From Ruditapes philippinarum (Eukaryota), in NCBI RefSeq assembly GCF_026571515.1, contig NW_026860451.1, positions 1 to 64,000 of the forward strand: a DNA stretch of 64,000 nucleotides, written 5' to 3'. Made by a program: the position numbers and the translations under genes. How positions within the stretch are numbered: position 1 is the first letter of the stretch; every line of letters starts with the position of its first letter. The notes under the pieces are model-generated. The model did not search any database. It saw only the letters and a program-made list of their open reading frames with translations, and was not told where the DNA came from. Below are positions 63,822 through 64,000 of the stretch, piece after piece.

Positions 63822-64000
63822 GTATTACTAAACTTATCATTTTTATAGTTATTTTTTTAATTGTGAGTTAGACATCGAATCGTCAAGATAGCCAATGAAT
63901 TTAATCTTCAGACAAGTATTGATTTTTTACACCGTGCAATATAGGTCATTCTAATGAGTTCTAAGTTTCTAACCTCAGTTTTTGTGAATCTTGTCATTTT

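Overview
AT-rich, intron-containing animal genomic DNA, most likely a bivalve mollusc (inferred from the tandem coiled-coil C1q-domain genes, Helentron-like elements with ~160-bp internal repeats and tRNA-derived SINEs). Host genes I could splice by eye (GT-AG, phases consistent): 5'-partial PAK1IP1/Mak11 WD40 gene (+, 1982-21192, 9 exons); two tandem TMEM14C-like genes (-); a BTB-BACK-Kelch gene (-); and a cluster of secreted coiled-coil/C1q genes (+; one complete, two frameshifted, one running off the window, two fragments). PAK1IP1 contains a near full-length CR1-type LINE with an SGNH-esterase ORF1 and an APE-RT ORF2. The standout observation is in this LINE: ORF1 and ORF2 overlap by about 1.08 kb, ORF2 is in the -1 frame, and that frame opens two codons before an in-register A_AAT_TTT slippery heptamer, suggesting gag-pol-like -1 frameshifting across a dual-coding 21-nt repeat. 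Other highlights: human-like PAK1IP1-TMEM14 linkage, candidate P-element-type excision footprints, an internally deleted IS3EU-like element, a CMC/EnSpm-like element with spliced gene relics, and a protease-type RxxR motif across a splice junction in the C1q genes. Many frameshifts lie in homopolymers and may be assembly errors. Family names come from motif recognition only; no searches were run.
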